Positions 20,023 to 30,907 of a stretch of DNA of 64,000 nt are shown one piece after another. The stretch is from Trypanosoma brucei (taxonomy: Eukaryota). The translations under genes were made by a program, and so were the position numbers. The stretch is taken from assembly GCA_000002445.1 (NCBI GenBank), contig CM000208.1, positions 2,080,001 through 2,144,000 of the forward strand. The letters are read 5' to 3'. How positions within the stretch are numbered: the stretch's first letter is position 1; every line of letters starts with the position of its first letter. The notes below the pieces were generated by a model, which was not told the DNA's origin, searched no databases, and saw nothing but the letters and a program-made list of their open reading frames with translations.

Positions 20023-20790
20023 ATGATGAATTCACATAACGCGATCGTCCAGCGTCTCTCAAGGGAGGCTCTGGCTGATATTGAGGGACTTGATGCATTG
20101 AAACACGGCTTTGAAAGGGAGGAATGCTGTGGTCCAGTTCCGGCAAAACTGCCTGGGAGCATGACGCTCACTGAGCACCTTTTTCTTTCATCGGATGTTG
20201 GTGCAAAGGACTGGGAATCGAATTTGAGGAATGTCGCGGGTTATGATGCCCTTAACTCGAAGGTCAAAGAATTGGAGAATGTTCAGCTGACGGTGTTTCA
20301 TCGACCAGGTCCAGACGAGTGCCTCTTGCGATTTTTGTACGACGAGAAACTGCAATCAGTAATTATAACGCAGTACAGTTGCATAACATCGGGTGAGTTC
20401 CCGTGGGAAAGCAAAGGGTCGGTCCCCTGTGACCGCTCAAATGACGCATTTGTCTTCGTCTGCTCACATCATCAGCGTGATGGTCGCTGTGGTTATTGTG
20501 GTACTGTTTTGCTGGAGCTCCTGAGGAATGCCATAAAGGAAAAGAAGGGCGGTGACGCATGTATTTACGTGTATCCGTGCTCCCATGTTGGTGGTCACAT
20601 GTATGCTGGAAATGTTTTAGTATACACGAAAAGGGGTGGAATCTGCTTCGGTTGCATCAAGCCATCTGATGTCGACAGCCTTGCAGACCTTCTAGTGAGA
20701 GGGGATGGAGCTATACCGGACTCACTTGAGTCGCGGATAAGGGGGAAGATTGGGTTTACCCAGGGGGGCCTCAATTGCAGTGTGATGTAG
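20023..20790 (+). CDS. Thioredoxin-like [2Fe-2S] ferredoxin of the sucrase/ferredoxin-like (Apd1/Aim32) family.
   Basis: The motifs FVCSHHQRDGRCGYCG (C-x-H-x2-RD-x-RCG-x-CG) and YPCSHVGGHMYAGNVLVY (HxGGH...AGN) are the two ligand-bearing signatures of this family. The ORF track opens at 19927, and the first in-frame ATG after the upstream stop context is at 20023. Confidence 0.75.
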   Translation: MMNSHNAIVQRLSREALADIEGLDALKHGFEREECCGPVPAKLPGSMTLTEHLFLSSDVGAKDWESNLRNVAGYDALNSKVKELENVQLTVFHRPGPDECLLRFLYDEKLQSVIITQYSCITSGEFPWESKGSVPCDRSNDAFVFVCSHHQRDGRCGYCGTVLLELLRNAIKEKKGGDACIYVYPCSHVGGHMYAGNVLVYTKRGGICFGCIKPSDVDSLADLLVRGDGAIPDSLESRIRGKIGFTQGGLNCSVM

Positions 20791-21173
20791 AGGGGGTTCA
20801 GGGGAGACTAAACGAATGACGAAAGAATGTCTAATAAGTATTTTCTAGTTTAAAGGTCAAGTTCTGCTGGACTGAGTGAAGTGAATGGAGTAAAATAAAT
20901 GTTTCATTCTTTTTTGGGTACTAGGAGGTCCTCTTTAGTTGTTTTATTGCCGATTTCGGTGCTTCTGCCCTTTGCACAGTTGTTGAACATGGTATCATGG
21001 TCTCTGACGCGTACTGTTTTCGGTTATGCTTAGGAACACTTTTCAACGCGGACGACGGGTGTGCAACCTGCGAACCGGCTTTGTTATTACTACCACCGTC
21101 TTGTGGTCCCATGCCTCTTTCCCTTTATTCTTTTTACCCGTAAATCCTATAGAGCTGCTCTGCGAGGCAAGCG

Positions 21174-22274
21174 ATGTCGACCGAGGTTGTTCACAGGAAG
21201 CTTAATAAGTACGAGTGGGTGGAAGCCGCTCCGGGGAAGGGCGCAAGTCCCAGACAAAACGGCATGATCAAGGAACTTTTGGGTTCCGCTGCTGCGTGCA
21301 CTGAGAAAAAATTCTACCTTTGTGGGGGTTTTGACCTTAAGGCCAGACGAAGTGTTTCGCAGGTTGTTGAGATGGATGTCGCTACAAAGCAGTGGTCTTG
21401 TGGCGTTCCTTTACCCGAAAGGGTGCGTGACGCAGCGGCCGTTGCGTTTGGGGACTGTTGTCTTGTTTTTGGTGGATGGAATGACGAAACATATACTGAC
21501 AACCTGTGGTTTTTTGCACCCAAACCTTCAGATCCTGCGGTAACCCCTCCTCCGGGGAGCAAGGAGCCGGTTAGTTGTGCTTGGTCGTTAATACCTCCTG
21601 TCGGTGCAGCTCCTTCGGCACGCACTTCACATAACATGGTGTTGGGTATGCTTAGTGGAAGTGACGATGCTGCACCCACCTCCGTTGTTTATTTGTTTGG
21701 GGGTTTTGATGGCGCAAAGCGACTAAATGATGTTTGGCGGCTGCGGATTGGCCCACTGATGGAAAAGAATGAGGCGGAATGGGAAATAGTGGAGACCAAG
21801 GTTGGAGTGCCACCGGTACCACGTGATGCTGCCGCGGTCGCTTTCGATGCAGCCGGTGAGCGTTTGATTGTGTTTGGTGGATTCGCTTCATTCCTGCAGA
21901 ACGATTTGTATATTTTTACTCTGCGGGGAGGTGTAAATACATGGACCTCCCAAGCGTGCCTATCTGTCCCAACGCGGCGCCAGGGCTGTGTGGCTGCGGT
22001 GTCAGGTGGATATTTCGTCGTGTGCCTTGGGGGAGATGAGCGTGGCCCGCTTCCACAGGTTCTTCAGTTGTCGCTGGCCGATTTCAGGTGGGCGCAACTG
22101 TCGCTAGAGCGTGAGGATCTCTCTGGCCGTGGTGGCGCAGTGGGGTGTGTAAGTGAGAAGGGGCGGCGCATTATGCTCTTTGGTGGCGGCATTCCACCGA
22201 AGTTGAACACATCGCTTCTGGAGCTGGAGCTTGAAAAGCCGGATGCGGGGGGTTCCCGAAAGAAAGGTGGATAG
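21174..22274 (+). CDS. Kelch-repeat (galactose-oxidase-type beta-propeller) protein.
   Basis: Six blades, each with a hydrophobic strand plus a GG doublet: FYLCGGFD, CLVFGGWN, VYLFGGFDG, RLIVFGGF, YFVVCLGG, RIMLFGGG. W residues are spaced appropriately. Confidence 0.8.
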   Translation: MSTEVVHRKLNKYEWVEAAPGKGASPRQNGMIKELLGSAAACTEKKFYLCGGFDLKARRSVSQVVEMDVATKQWSCGVPLPERVRDAAAVAFGDCCLVFGGWNDETYTDNLWFFAPKPSDPAVTPPPGSKEPVSCAWSLIPPVGAAPSARTSHNMVLGMLSGSDDAAPTSVVYLFGGFDGAKRLNDVWRLRIGPLMEKNEAEWEIVETKVGVPPVPRDAAAVAFDAAGERLIVFGGFASFLQNDLYIFTLRGGVNTWTSQACLSVPTRRQGCVAAVSGGYFVVCLGGDERGPLPQVLQLSLADFRWAQLSLEREDLSGRGGAVGCVSEKGRRIMLFGGGIPPKLNTSLLELELEKPDAGGSRKKGG

Positions 22275-22568
22275 CGCAGATGAACAGGTTTCGTGGAGCG
22301 CTGCTCTTGTTGTAGAGTTGTGCTGATGACAATAAAGTTTTTGTTTTTTTTTTCGAATGTAGCTGTGCGCACCCTCACGCTTCCCCTCAGGGAATTCCTC
22401 AGTGCTTTCCGCCACTGCTGTGGCCCTATGTACCATTCATGGCGAATAATGATAGTAAAAGTTATTGTGTAGTGATGAGCAGCGGCGTTTGCTTGAGCTT
22501 TTCCCTAAGGTGGAGCATGCTGGTCCTGTTCTGCACCGAGGATGCGCCGTTTGACCGATGGGTGCTCC

Positions 22569-22583
22569 TTTTTTTTTTTTTTT
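22569..22583 (+). promoter_or_regulatory. Poly(T)15 polypyrimidine tract upstream of the RanBD gene.
   Basis: A T15 run ~135 nt upstream of ATG 22717, with AG dinucleotides in between. Confidence 0.4.
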
Positions 22584-22716
22584 GGGAGCCACCACCTTTT
22601 AACGCTAATTACAACACCTCTTTTTCTCTACTCCCCCTTTCTTTTTTCTTATGTTGTAATGTGTTTGAGCAGCCGCAATCATCGTCCTGTGGTTTAAGAG
22701 CGACACCTGTTAGCGA

Positions 22717-23730
22717 ATGTCGGACCGCCTTAGAGGTGACAGAAAGAGGGGTGTTGCCTCCGATGATGAGGATGTCGGTGACAAACCCGCCTTTGCTGAC
22801 GCTGAGACAATGGCCCAACGTCGAATCGTGCGTGTTGTTCGGACCACACCTGCGGGACCCCCGCCGTCACTGGGTGGGATATTCAAATCACTTCCCAGCG
22901 CACTACCGACAGGTACCCCACCGTTGGTGACGAAGTTTGGGTCTGTAGCGAGTGGTAGCGCCAGCAGCAGCGGGATATCACCACCGCCACTCAACGGTGC
23001 GTTTCCGTTCATTCCAAAGCCCACGGAGGGGGCAGCACCGGCGTTTGCAATGCCGAAGGTGAACGCAATGACTGCAACTGACTTTTCTTCTACCGCAGCC
23101 GGTACGATAACAAATACCGGCGACGGGAATAAGACTGATACAAAGCCCGAAGTTGGTGGTGGGTTAGCGGGGACTGGGTCACTCTTTGGAGGAGCACACA
23201 GCTTTGGCAACGCAGTCAATTCATTTGTTGCTGCAAAGGAAAGGTTAGCCAAGGCTGCGGAGGAGACTGACGATAAGGGAGCCACCGTTGATTCCCCTGT
23301 TTCCCCAACTCCGGGGGATGCACTCGCCAACGCTGACCCCGTTTCAGTCGCGACGGGTGAAGTTGTCGCCACTATCCCTTCGAAGCTCTACTTGTTCAAA
23401 TCGGATACAAAAAGTTGGTCGGATTGCGGCGTCGGGGAGGCGAAGATTAAGAAGCATGAGTCTAACGGTGGTGAGGACAAATCGGGTGGCTCACCAAAGT
23501 ATTTCTATCGACTTATTGTTCGCGATGGATATGCTTTGAATACACCGCTCTCAAAAAATTTCATTCTCACGAAATCAGAAGACACACACGCCACGTTTTC
23601 GTTCCCTGTAGGTACCAAGGTGGTAACCTATTTATTAAAATACACGGGAGCGAATGCTGCCGAATGTGGCCCAGCATTTTCTAAAGCCCTTAAAGAAACA
23701 CTGAAACTCGCACAGGAGCAGTCTAAGTGA
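22717..23730 (+). CDS. FG-repeat protein with a C-terminal Ran-binding domain (Nup50/Nup2-like nucleoporin or RanBP).
   Basis: The N-terminal half is low-complexity with degenerate FG-type repeats (GGIFKS, FGSVASGSAS, SLFGGAHSFGNAVNSF). The C-terminus (SKLYLFKSDTKSWSDCGVGEAKIKKHESNG...YRLIVRDGYALNTPLSKNFIL...THATFSF) follows the RanBD1 (PH-like) pattern of RanBP1 (KLFRF...W.ERG.G..K.L.H...RL.MRRD..L....NH.I). Confidence 0.75.
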   Translation: MSDRLRGDRKRGVASDDEDVGDKPAFADAETMAQRRIVRVVRTTPAGPPPSLGGIFKSLPSALPTGTPPLVTKFGSVASGSASSSGISPPPLNGAFPFIPKPTEGAAPAFAMPKVNAMTATDFSSTAAGTITNTGDGNKTDTKPEVGGGLAGTGSLFGGAHSFGNAVNSFVAAKERLAKAAEETDDKGATVDSPVSPTPGDALANADPVSVATGEVVATIPSKLYLFKSDTKSWSDCGVGEAKIKKHESNGGEDKSGGSPKYFYRLIVRDGYALNTPLSKNFILTKSEDTHATFSFPVGTKVVTYLLKYTGANAAECGPAFSKALKETLKLAQEQSK

Positions 23731-24393
23731 TTAGTGTGTAAGCAATTGGGGTTGTTCCAACGCGGATGCAAACAAGAGCGTGCACAACAGAATGAATCAG
23801 GAGGCATATGTGGCTTTTTGGTTGAAGGGGAATCGTGAATGTACGTTTTTTGTGATCGTGTATTGAATGCTAATGCGAACCTCGTCCAGTTTCGGTAATG
23901 TGCATTGAATTATACAGCTGAGAGTGGCACCAACCGCACCTTTTCCTCCCTTTTGTGTCTTCTGCCACCACCGCTACTACTGTTGGTGCTCTCTGCAACG
24001 GCTGGAAATTGGTTATGTGGTGCTACGTCACCTGCAACCCCAGTAGCATTTTATTGTTCTTGTTTTTAAAGCTCATTCACCTTTAAAAAAAAAAATTACC
24101 ATCTTTTTCTTTCATATCTTCTTGCGATAGGACTTGTAGACCTACTGTCCTCCGAAGGTAAAACCGTTGCAGCACGACAGTGGAAGAGCTGCGCGTGGGC
24201 GTGCGAAAGGAAAGGAGGTCACCGCTGTTCATTTTAATTTTTGCGCTTATTTTTGTGGCAAGTTGAGAGACAAGGTGGAAATAGTATTTGAAGAAAGACA
24301 TTCGTATAGAGTGTTCAGGTCAGGCCCCGCCTTCCACAAGTTTTTCGCAAGGTAGCAGGCAAAAGCTGTAAGGTGATTTGATAAGGACCCCCA

Positions 24394-25125
24394 GTGGAGA
24401 TGGATAGGGCCTCGGAACTTATGGATGAGTTCTTCAAAAAGGACCCTGATATACGGCGGATGCTTTCACCTTGTTTGGACGAGCTACACGGACTCGATGA
24501 TGCTATTCGACGGGTCGGCCATAAGCACAGTCTCGACCCAAACAACCAAGATGTCACCTTTGAATATGCAACCGTTCTGATATCCCATACACGGAACTCT
24601 TACGTGGAATCGGGTGTCCGGCTCATGGAGTCGCTTGCTTTTGCTCTATGGCAGAGGCGATGGGGAGGGCCAACCCACGCGCAACTCCAGCAAGCATGCA
24701 AAATTGAAGAACCATTACCAGCTGACGGCAGTGCTGCCCCTGCTTCTCCGAATTTGCAACAGCTTGTTTCTTCGGAGGAGGGGAGGGAAGGGCAGCAAAT
24801 GAACGGAGATGTGGTTTCACGGAACGGTAAATACGGTCAGAGAGGGTGCGAGAACCCCACCCGATGCTCGAAGGATACCTTAGAAAGCGATCTTGTGATT
24901 TTTCACTACTATTTAGCAGTGGGGTGGATCAAACTGAAGAAATATGATAATGCTTTGTCGTCTTTGAATCGGATGTTAGAGCTGAAGCCAGGCCACCCTC
25001 AAGGAATCGCGCTCAAGCAATACGTTGAAGCAGTCTCACGGCAGACGATAACAGTTGCCGGGCTAGCAGGTATTGCTGCCATTTCTGTTGCAGCAACGGT
25101 CCTCATGGCTTTCCGACGGTCGTAA
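24394..25125 (+). CDS. FIS1: Mitochondrial fission 1 protein (Fis1), tail-anchored.
   Basis: VTFEYATVLISH resembles Fis1 TQFEYAWCLVRS. DLVIFHYYLAVGWIKLKKYDNALSSLNRMLELKPGHPQ resembles DYVFYLAVGNYRLKEYEKALKYVRGLLQTEPQNNQ. The C-terminal single TM segment is followed by a short basic tail (VAGLAGIAAISVAATVLMAFRRS). There is a ~80-aa insertion between the two TPR-like halves. Confidence 0.8.
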   Translation: MEMDRASELMDEFFKKDPDIRRMLSPCLDELHGLDDAIRRVGHKHSLDPNNQDVTFEYATVLISHTRNSYVESGVRLMESLAFALWQRRWGGPTHAQLQQACKIEEPLPADGSAAPASPNLQQLVSSEEGREGQQMNGDVVSRNGKYGQRGCENPTRCSKDTLESDLVIFHYYLAVGWIKLKKYDNALSSLNRMLELKPGHPQGIALKQYVEAVSRQTITVAGLAGIAAISVAATVLMAFRRS

Positions 25126-26928
25126 TAGTTCAGTTCGTTAACAATTCTTTCGAGAGTTAAAGTGCCTAGGTTGGCCGTATTTCGTAGTTAAATTTTCGGA
25201 AGTTACAATAGCGGTAATGCAAATGCATGGGGAATAGTTTTATGCTGAAGTCTTTCCTGATTGTATATATATGTATTTATGTGCGCGCATACGTGTCGAG
25301 TACTTAGTTTCGTTTCTGCTATACACACGGGATCGTGGTACAGTGTTTTCCTTTGTTGTTTGTAAGAGTGATTCTTCCCATTCATCAGACTCCAAGAACT
25401 CGAGAAGGCTGCGGAAAATGACGTTTTTAGAAGGCTACTGATAGGTTTTTTTTGTTCATATGGTAAATTACAGTGGCAGGCCCCGACTTTGTGGGCGGGG
25501 GTGGGTGGGGAGGGGGTTTGATGCATTTTGTTCCACTGTGTGTCTCCCTTCATTTGCGTTTGCTATAACCTTCAAGAACCAGGCTGTGGGCAACCGTGCA
25601 CTCACCAGTGGTGGGTAGCGGGGTGACGTGTTCAGGCAGTAGAGACTTACCGAAAGACGGTAACGCTGCCTCGCTCTGTTTTATTTTCTCTCTTGAACAC
25701 GTGCCCGTGGCACCCCCAGACTCTATAGTGAGAAATATTTTGATATTTGCGCTCCATGCTGCGCCTCATTGCATCGGTGCGGGCTTCCTGGTTCTTGCCT
25801 CAGATGGCTCTTCTTGGTGCTGTGCGGTGGGGAGGAGGGAAGGCCCTTAGGCCGCCGGTCCGGAGGGCCAGGGAGGGTGCGCCAACGGCAACCCGCAAGG
25901 CAGCGCTTCCTTCGGGATTAAAAGGCGTTTCAACTGCTATGTCCGTCCATCGGGCGACTAGAAGTAGACCCAGGACTCCAGTCGTTGTAAATGAGGAAAA
26001 CAAGAGGAAGAAAGGGGGGCGGCCCACCGCCCATGTGCGTAGCAGTTCGAAGGATAGTGAAAAGCGTGTAGTGACACGAAAAGGGCCAACACACACTCAT
26101 GCAATGCAAAAGATTAAATACAACAAACGTGTAGCGGCGATAGCGAAGCTTTGGCGTTTGCAGAAAAGGTGACTTCCTGGGTCTTTCGCGAGGAAGTTCG
26201 TTACACAGCCTGGTGGGTAGGGACTCGACGTAAGTGCGAAGGGAAATACCTCCCTCATCCAAATAAATGACTGCGAAGGTGATGAAGCGGTGGGAACCTA
26301 GTGCGTAACGGCGGGTGCTGTCGTTTTTACCCTCGTATTGTTTGGTGCTCTTCACATGCTTTCAACAAATTGGCAGCCGTTAATGGCTGATGTGTCACAA
26401 CAGCATTCACCGTAGCCCCGTTCTGTGAGGCTGTCGCTACCGGCCTGAGTTTAGGAGGCTCAACATTCGTGATGTAAATGTCATTCATTTTCTTAATTAA
26501 ACCATACTTTGCCATTTTCATATCATGGAGCTGAAGGTCTGCTTGATCCCGGACGAGGGATTTATGTGGTTTCATATTGTTGTACGTGTGGCTCTTCTAT
26601 GGTTTTATTACAGTGTCAGTGTCATCGTTTTGTTGTATGTCTTCGATGTTTCACGCTTGTTTTTTTTTGAATTGTTGTGGTGTTCTTCTTCATCCGACCG
26701 AGGAACGGTTAGTTACCCCACCTGCAGGTATTTTTTGTTTTCCCCTTCTCTGGTATGATTCATCTTCTTTGTCTTACTGTTCTCATTCTTCTCGCTTTTT
26801 CGTGTATGACAATACACATTTGTACATTCGAGGTGACTACCCCTGGGACCCGCGAAAAGTATTTGAACGGACAAAGGCACGCTTAATTTCAGGTTGATAG
26901 GTGCAGAAAAATATTTGCTGGTTAATGT

Positions 26929-28269
26929 ATGACTTTTGAGCAATGCTCTGGATCGCGGTGCGGGTCTTCGGATTTTTTTTACGTTTGCAAAAGTGAGGCA
27001 GAGAACCGCCTCCGGGACTTTCTTAGCCAACTAGTGGAGGGCGTTCGCAGTGAGGAAGCCCTTTTTCGGGCGACGTGCGGCCCTCGTGTGGCGTGGAACC
27101 CGTACAGACCCGCGCGTGGTGAACATATTCGCCAAGGTGTACTGAACAGTGAGATTTATGAATGGCGCTCAAGGGTGCCAGAAGATTCTCTCGCCTTGGT
27201 GGGAAACCCGCTAGTGATGAAGGAATCATTTAATCATAGTTTAGCCACCGGGTGCCAGCGGACGGGCGGTTTGGAACGAGTTACAGAGATTTGTGAAAGT
27301 TTGGTATGCGAACCCTCTGAAACTAATGTAGAGGCTAGGACTAAGGCGCACACTAGTCTTACTTCGTTTGAAGATGACGGTGTCACGAGAGAGTTTACAA
27401 TTAGTGATAGTTGTCCGGTGATTTATAATGAGGACGTGCTCAGACGAGTTGTGGCTGGAGTTTTCGATGTGCTATGGCGGACGGTTGCGGTACCGTGGAT
27501 TAATGAGCAGTACGATGGACAATCATCCCCTTTTCATGAGAAGGCGCCGGTGGCTCAACACACGGCGCCATTTACCCCGGTGCGGGCTCGTAATGAAGAA
27601 CATAGCAAACATATACTTCAGGGTGGACAAGAGCTGCAACCGCAGCATCCCCGTAGATGGCAGCATCGCCAGATCACTTCTGACACCACCCGCAAACCCC
27701 CACCACCACAACAGGGATTGACAATAGTTCCTGGTGTTACTCCCTTGCGTGGGTTGCCAGCGCTTTCGGTGCAGCGTGATGTGCATTCTGTCAGTCCAGG
27801 CGATTATCGTCGCGCCGTCACGCATCTTGAGGTTCACACGGGGGAGAGGCACGACCAGTTGGGGTTGGCTGGTAAATCGGATGCTTACTTAGCCAAAGAT
27901 CCTGGTGGTACAAAGCAACATCGAGGGTCTTCCTGCGTGTTGAAGTTGCGCCGGGAGGATTCAAAAGGTAAGATAGAGATGGTCCATCCTGCCTCTGGGA
28001 ATCCTGTTTGTCCAAAGCAGTCACCTTCGTCTAGGCAGCTGTCTCCCCAGGATATTCGGTATTCTTTCGACGATATTACCTCTGCCCAGAGACTAACCTC
28101 GAGGTTAACGCAAACACTGTGTGGTGATAGAGTCGGCACTGGTGTTCGTGGTGACATCTCGTCCCGTCTGGGGCGTTGTCATCGGCTTGCTCCGGTACTC
28201 ATCGGTGTGAAGCAACCACCGCAACCCAATCATTTTCCTTCCCCAAGGCGGTTGCAGCGGCAACCGTAA
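26929..28269 (+). CDS. Hypothetical protein (446 aa) with no recognisable domain.
   Basis: A long ORF in the transcribed orientation. The N-terminal part has ordinary composition and the C-terminal part is Pro/Gln/Arg-rich. Confidence 0.45.
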   Translation: MTFEQCSGSRCGSSDFFYVCKSEAENRLRDFLSQLVEGVRSEEALFRATCGPRVAWNPYRPARGEHIRQGVLNSEIYEWRSRVPEDSLALVGNPLVMKESFNHSLATGCQRTGGLERVTEICESLVCEPSETNVEARTKAHTSLTSFEDDGVTREFTISDSCPVIYNEDVLRRVVAGVFDVLWRTVAVPWINEQYDGQSSPFHEKAPVAQHTAPFTPVRARNEEHSKHILQGGQELQPQHPRRWQHRQITSDTTRKPPPPQQGLTIVPGVTPLRGLPALSVQRDVHSVSPGDYRRAVTHLEVHTGERHDQLGLAGKSDAYLAKDPGGTKQHRGSSCVLKLRREDSKGKIEMVHPASGNPVCPKQSPSSRQLSPQDIRYSFDDITSAQRLTSRLTQTLCGDRVGTGVRGDISSRLGRCHRLAPVLIGVKQPPQPNHFPSPRRLQRQP

Positions 28270-29896
28270 AAATTCTCTGGATGTGTGTGTGTGTTTGGTA
28301 ATAGGGGGGGTTGAAGTTGGTCGCCTTAACTCAAGTTTTCGGTTTTCTTATATTTACGTCCCCCGCAGTGTGACGTTTCGCCTTACCACATGATAGGTTT
28401 TTCTGAGAGGGACATTTGTATAATGTTGCGGTGACGGGAATGCTTTTTTTTTTTTACTATCATTGCAGTACTCGTGTTTTTGCGTAGGTGGTGTAGAGCT
28501 CTACTACTTCTGAGTGGCGGCCCTTTTTTTTTTGTGGAGCGGAGGTGCCATGGAGTGCTGCGATCGCTCCGTCTCGAATCATAGAAAGCTTTATGCAGAC
28601 GCGGCTCTGATTACTTTGTTTAATATATGATGGGAGTCCTTCCGTGCCATTGCCGTTGGAGTTATGAACAAGTTTTCGCTTTTTCGTGCTTGTAGTAACG
28701 GCGGAGCGTATTGACAGCTATTGGGTGAGTCAGACGAACTCTCGGACTTCACTGGGGTCTTCATAGGCCGCCATTCTCATTTAGGTGCCCGTTTGTTGAA
28801 ATTAACGGTACATGGGATACGGGCTGTAACCACACTTTATAAAGCTACATTGGGTTGCTTGTGTGTTACGGTTGAAGGTTCAGGGTTTATTCACCGTTTG
28901 ACCACGACTCTCTGTCGGTTCTTTTTGATCGTTTTTTTTATATTTATTTATTTCCCTCCTCTGATATGGGGTTGTGAGGGCTACATGTTTCATATTCGTC
29001 TGCCTGTTTCAACTTCACAGCACACTGGTGTCATCCAGTTGTATACGATGCTTGTAGTCTCGAAGGGGTGCGTGTGTGCGTGTTTATGTATGTGTGCGGG
29101 GCATGCTATTTTACTGTTTGTGATAGACTGAAGTGTGTAGTTGTGGAGTGGCAGCCAATTTGGTCAGCTGTTTGCGGCCCGTTGAGAAGTGATGTCCAAC
29201 GTAACGAACTCTCGGCGCTGTTGGTAAAGACAAAAGAGGCGCAAGTGACACAATTCGTTGTTATTGTTTCCCCCCTTCTTCACTGCTGACCAGCATGTGG
29301 AGTGGTCTCACGCCAAGCGGTCTTTAATCTCCTTTTGGTTGTTATCGTAGAAAGAAAACCGCAGTTTGATGTTACTGTCTTTGGCCGTGGTGTTAAACAT
29401 ATGACCATTCGGACCTCCTTTAACGATGAGATTCATTCAATTGTTTATGGGAAATGGGTGTATGTACATAAACCCTGCGTGTCGTACCCTCAGCAGCTCG
29501 TTTTGCCGTGAAGTAGAATGTGCCGAAGGGTCGTGCCTGTTGCACAACGGATTCCTCTTTTTTCTTCTTCATTTTCCGCGTTTGCTACGTGGATTGTGCT
29601 TCATTCCCGTGGATTTTTATCCTGCGGCCTTTTACTGTTTGTGGCTGCAACAATACTGACCGGACTGTGTCATTCGTTATTTGCATCACCCTTGTGTAAC
29701 GAACCAATCTTATGGCAGGGTATTTTTGCCCCCTTACGTGCAATTAATCACTCTTTTCTAATGTATATTTTGCCATTGGGACAATTCCACATGTGCGCAC
29801 ATGTTCCTCTGCCTCTTTTACTTATGGAGCAGAAACAAGGGAAGGGCGTGGCGGGCGTTAGGTGTCGAGTGGACTTGAAAAAAAAAACAACTCTTT

Positions 29897-30907
29897 ATGC
29901 CGCCACAGAGGCAATGCAGCCACTGTGAAAAGGAGAAGGCCGTATTGAAAAGGCCTAGAAATGGGAAGCTGTTGTGCCAGCGCTGTTTTTTCAACTTATT
30001 TGAGGCTGAGGTACACGAAACAATAATGAAGGAGAAATTGTTTAAGCCCGGGGACATTGTTGCGTGTGGTGCGAGTGGTGGGAAGGACAGCACCGTGCTT
30101 ATTCACCTAATGAAACTCCTGAATGAGCAGCACGAGTATGGGATTCAGCTGTTATTACTGAGCATCGACGAGGGAATTGCCGGCTACCGTGACGATAGCC
30201 TCAAAACTGTTCATCGCAATGCAGAGGTGTACAATCTCCCACTACGTGTGTTATCGTACAAGGAGCTGTACGGCTGGACGATGGATGAGGTGGTGAAGGT
30301 TACGGGTTTACGTAGCAGTTGTACGTATTGTGGTGTGTTTCGCCGTCAAGCACTTGACCGGGGCGCAGCAATGCTGGGGGCGACAAAGGTGGTGACTGGC
30401 CACAACGCTGACGACTTGGCTGAGACGATTTTGATGAACATTTTACGTGGGGATCTTCCACGTTTGTCGCGGTGCACGAGTGCTATCACCTCGGGGGAAA
30501 GTCTTCTCCCACGCGTGAAACCGCTTAAGTACGCTTATGAAAAGGAGATTGTACTGTACGCACACTTCAAGAAGTTGGACTACTTCACCACTGAGTGCAC
30601 GTACAGTAAGGAGGCCTTCCGCAGTGAGGCGCGTACGCTTCTGAAGAATATCGAAATTCTACAACCGCGTTGCATTTTGGACACCATTCGCACCGGAGAA
30701 CAACTTCGTGTGAAGGAGCAAGAGTGTGCCACAGAGAATCCACCGAGTGCCTGTACAAGATGCGGGTATGTCACGAGCCAGTCGCTGTGTCGTGCTTGCG
30801 TGTTACTGCAAGGACTAAATATGAATGGGCCAGCGGTGTGCGTACGCGAGCAACCGCAACCGCAGCAACAACAACAACAGCAAAATGTGGAGGTAGAGGG
30901 ACAATAA
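29897..30907 (+). CDS. CTU1: Cytoplasmic tRNA 2-thiolation protein 1 (CTU1/Ncs6/ATPBD3).
   Basis: N-terminal CxxC...C..CF zinc knuckle. PP-loop [20 protein letters not shown] is identical in pattern to human CTU1 [29 protein letters not shown] resembles LYAHFRRLDYFSEEC. The C-terminal CTRCG...CRAC fits, and a poly-Q tail is encoded by (CAA/CAG)n. Confidence 0.9.
   Translation: MPPQRQCSHCEKEKAVLKRPRNGKLLCQRCFFNLFEAEVHETIMKEKLFKPGDIVACGASGGKDSTVLIHLMKLLNEQHEYGIQLLLLSIDEGIAGYRDDSLKTVHRNAEVYNLPLRVLSYKELYGWTMDEVVKVTGLRSSCTYCGVFRRQALDRGAAMLGATKVVTGHNADDLAETILMNILRGDLPRLSRCTSAITSGESLLPRVKPLKYAYEKEIVLYAHFKKLDYFTTECTYSKEAFRSEARTLLKNIEILQPRCILDTIRTGEQLRVKEQECATENPPSACTRCGYVTSQSLCRACVLLQGLNMNGPAVCVREQPQPQQQQQQQNVEVEGQ

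Noticed and set aside
22710-23372. 220-aa antisense ORF across the RanBD/FG gene.
   Set aside because: It is a low-complexity Ala/Ser/Pro/Gly translation of the GC-rich FG-repeat region on the opposite strand. It has no domain and runs opposite to the polycistron direction.
25930-26355. 141-aa minus-strand ORF in the Fis1 downstream spacer.
   Set aside because: Opposite to the transcription direction, with no motif. It overlaps the equally long + strand ORF, so at most one can be real. Neither was called as a feature.
28721-29928. Several 130-140-aa + ORFs between the hypothetical gene and CTU1.
   Set aside because: Hydrophobic, Cys/Phe/Leu-rich translations of T-rich sequence. They are most likely 3' UTR.
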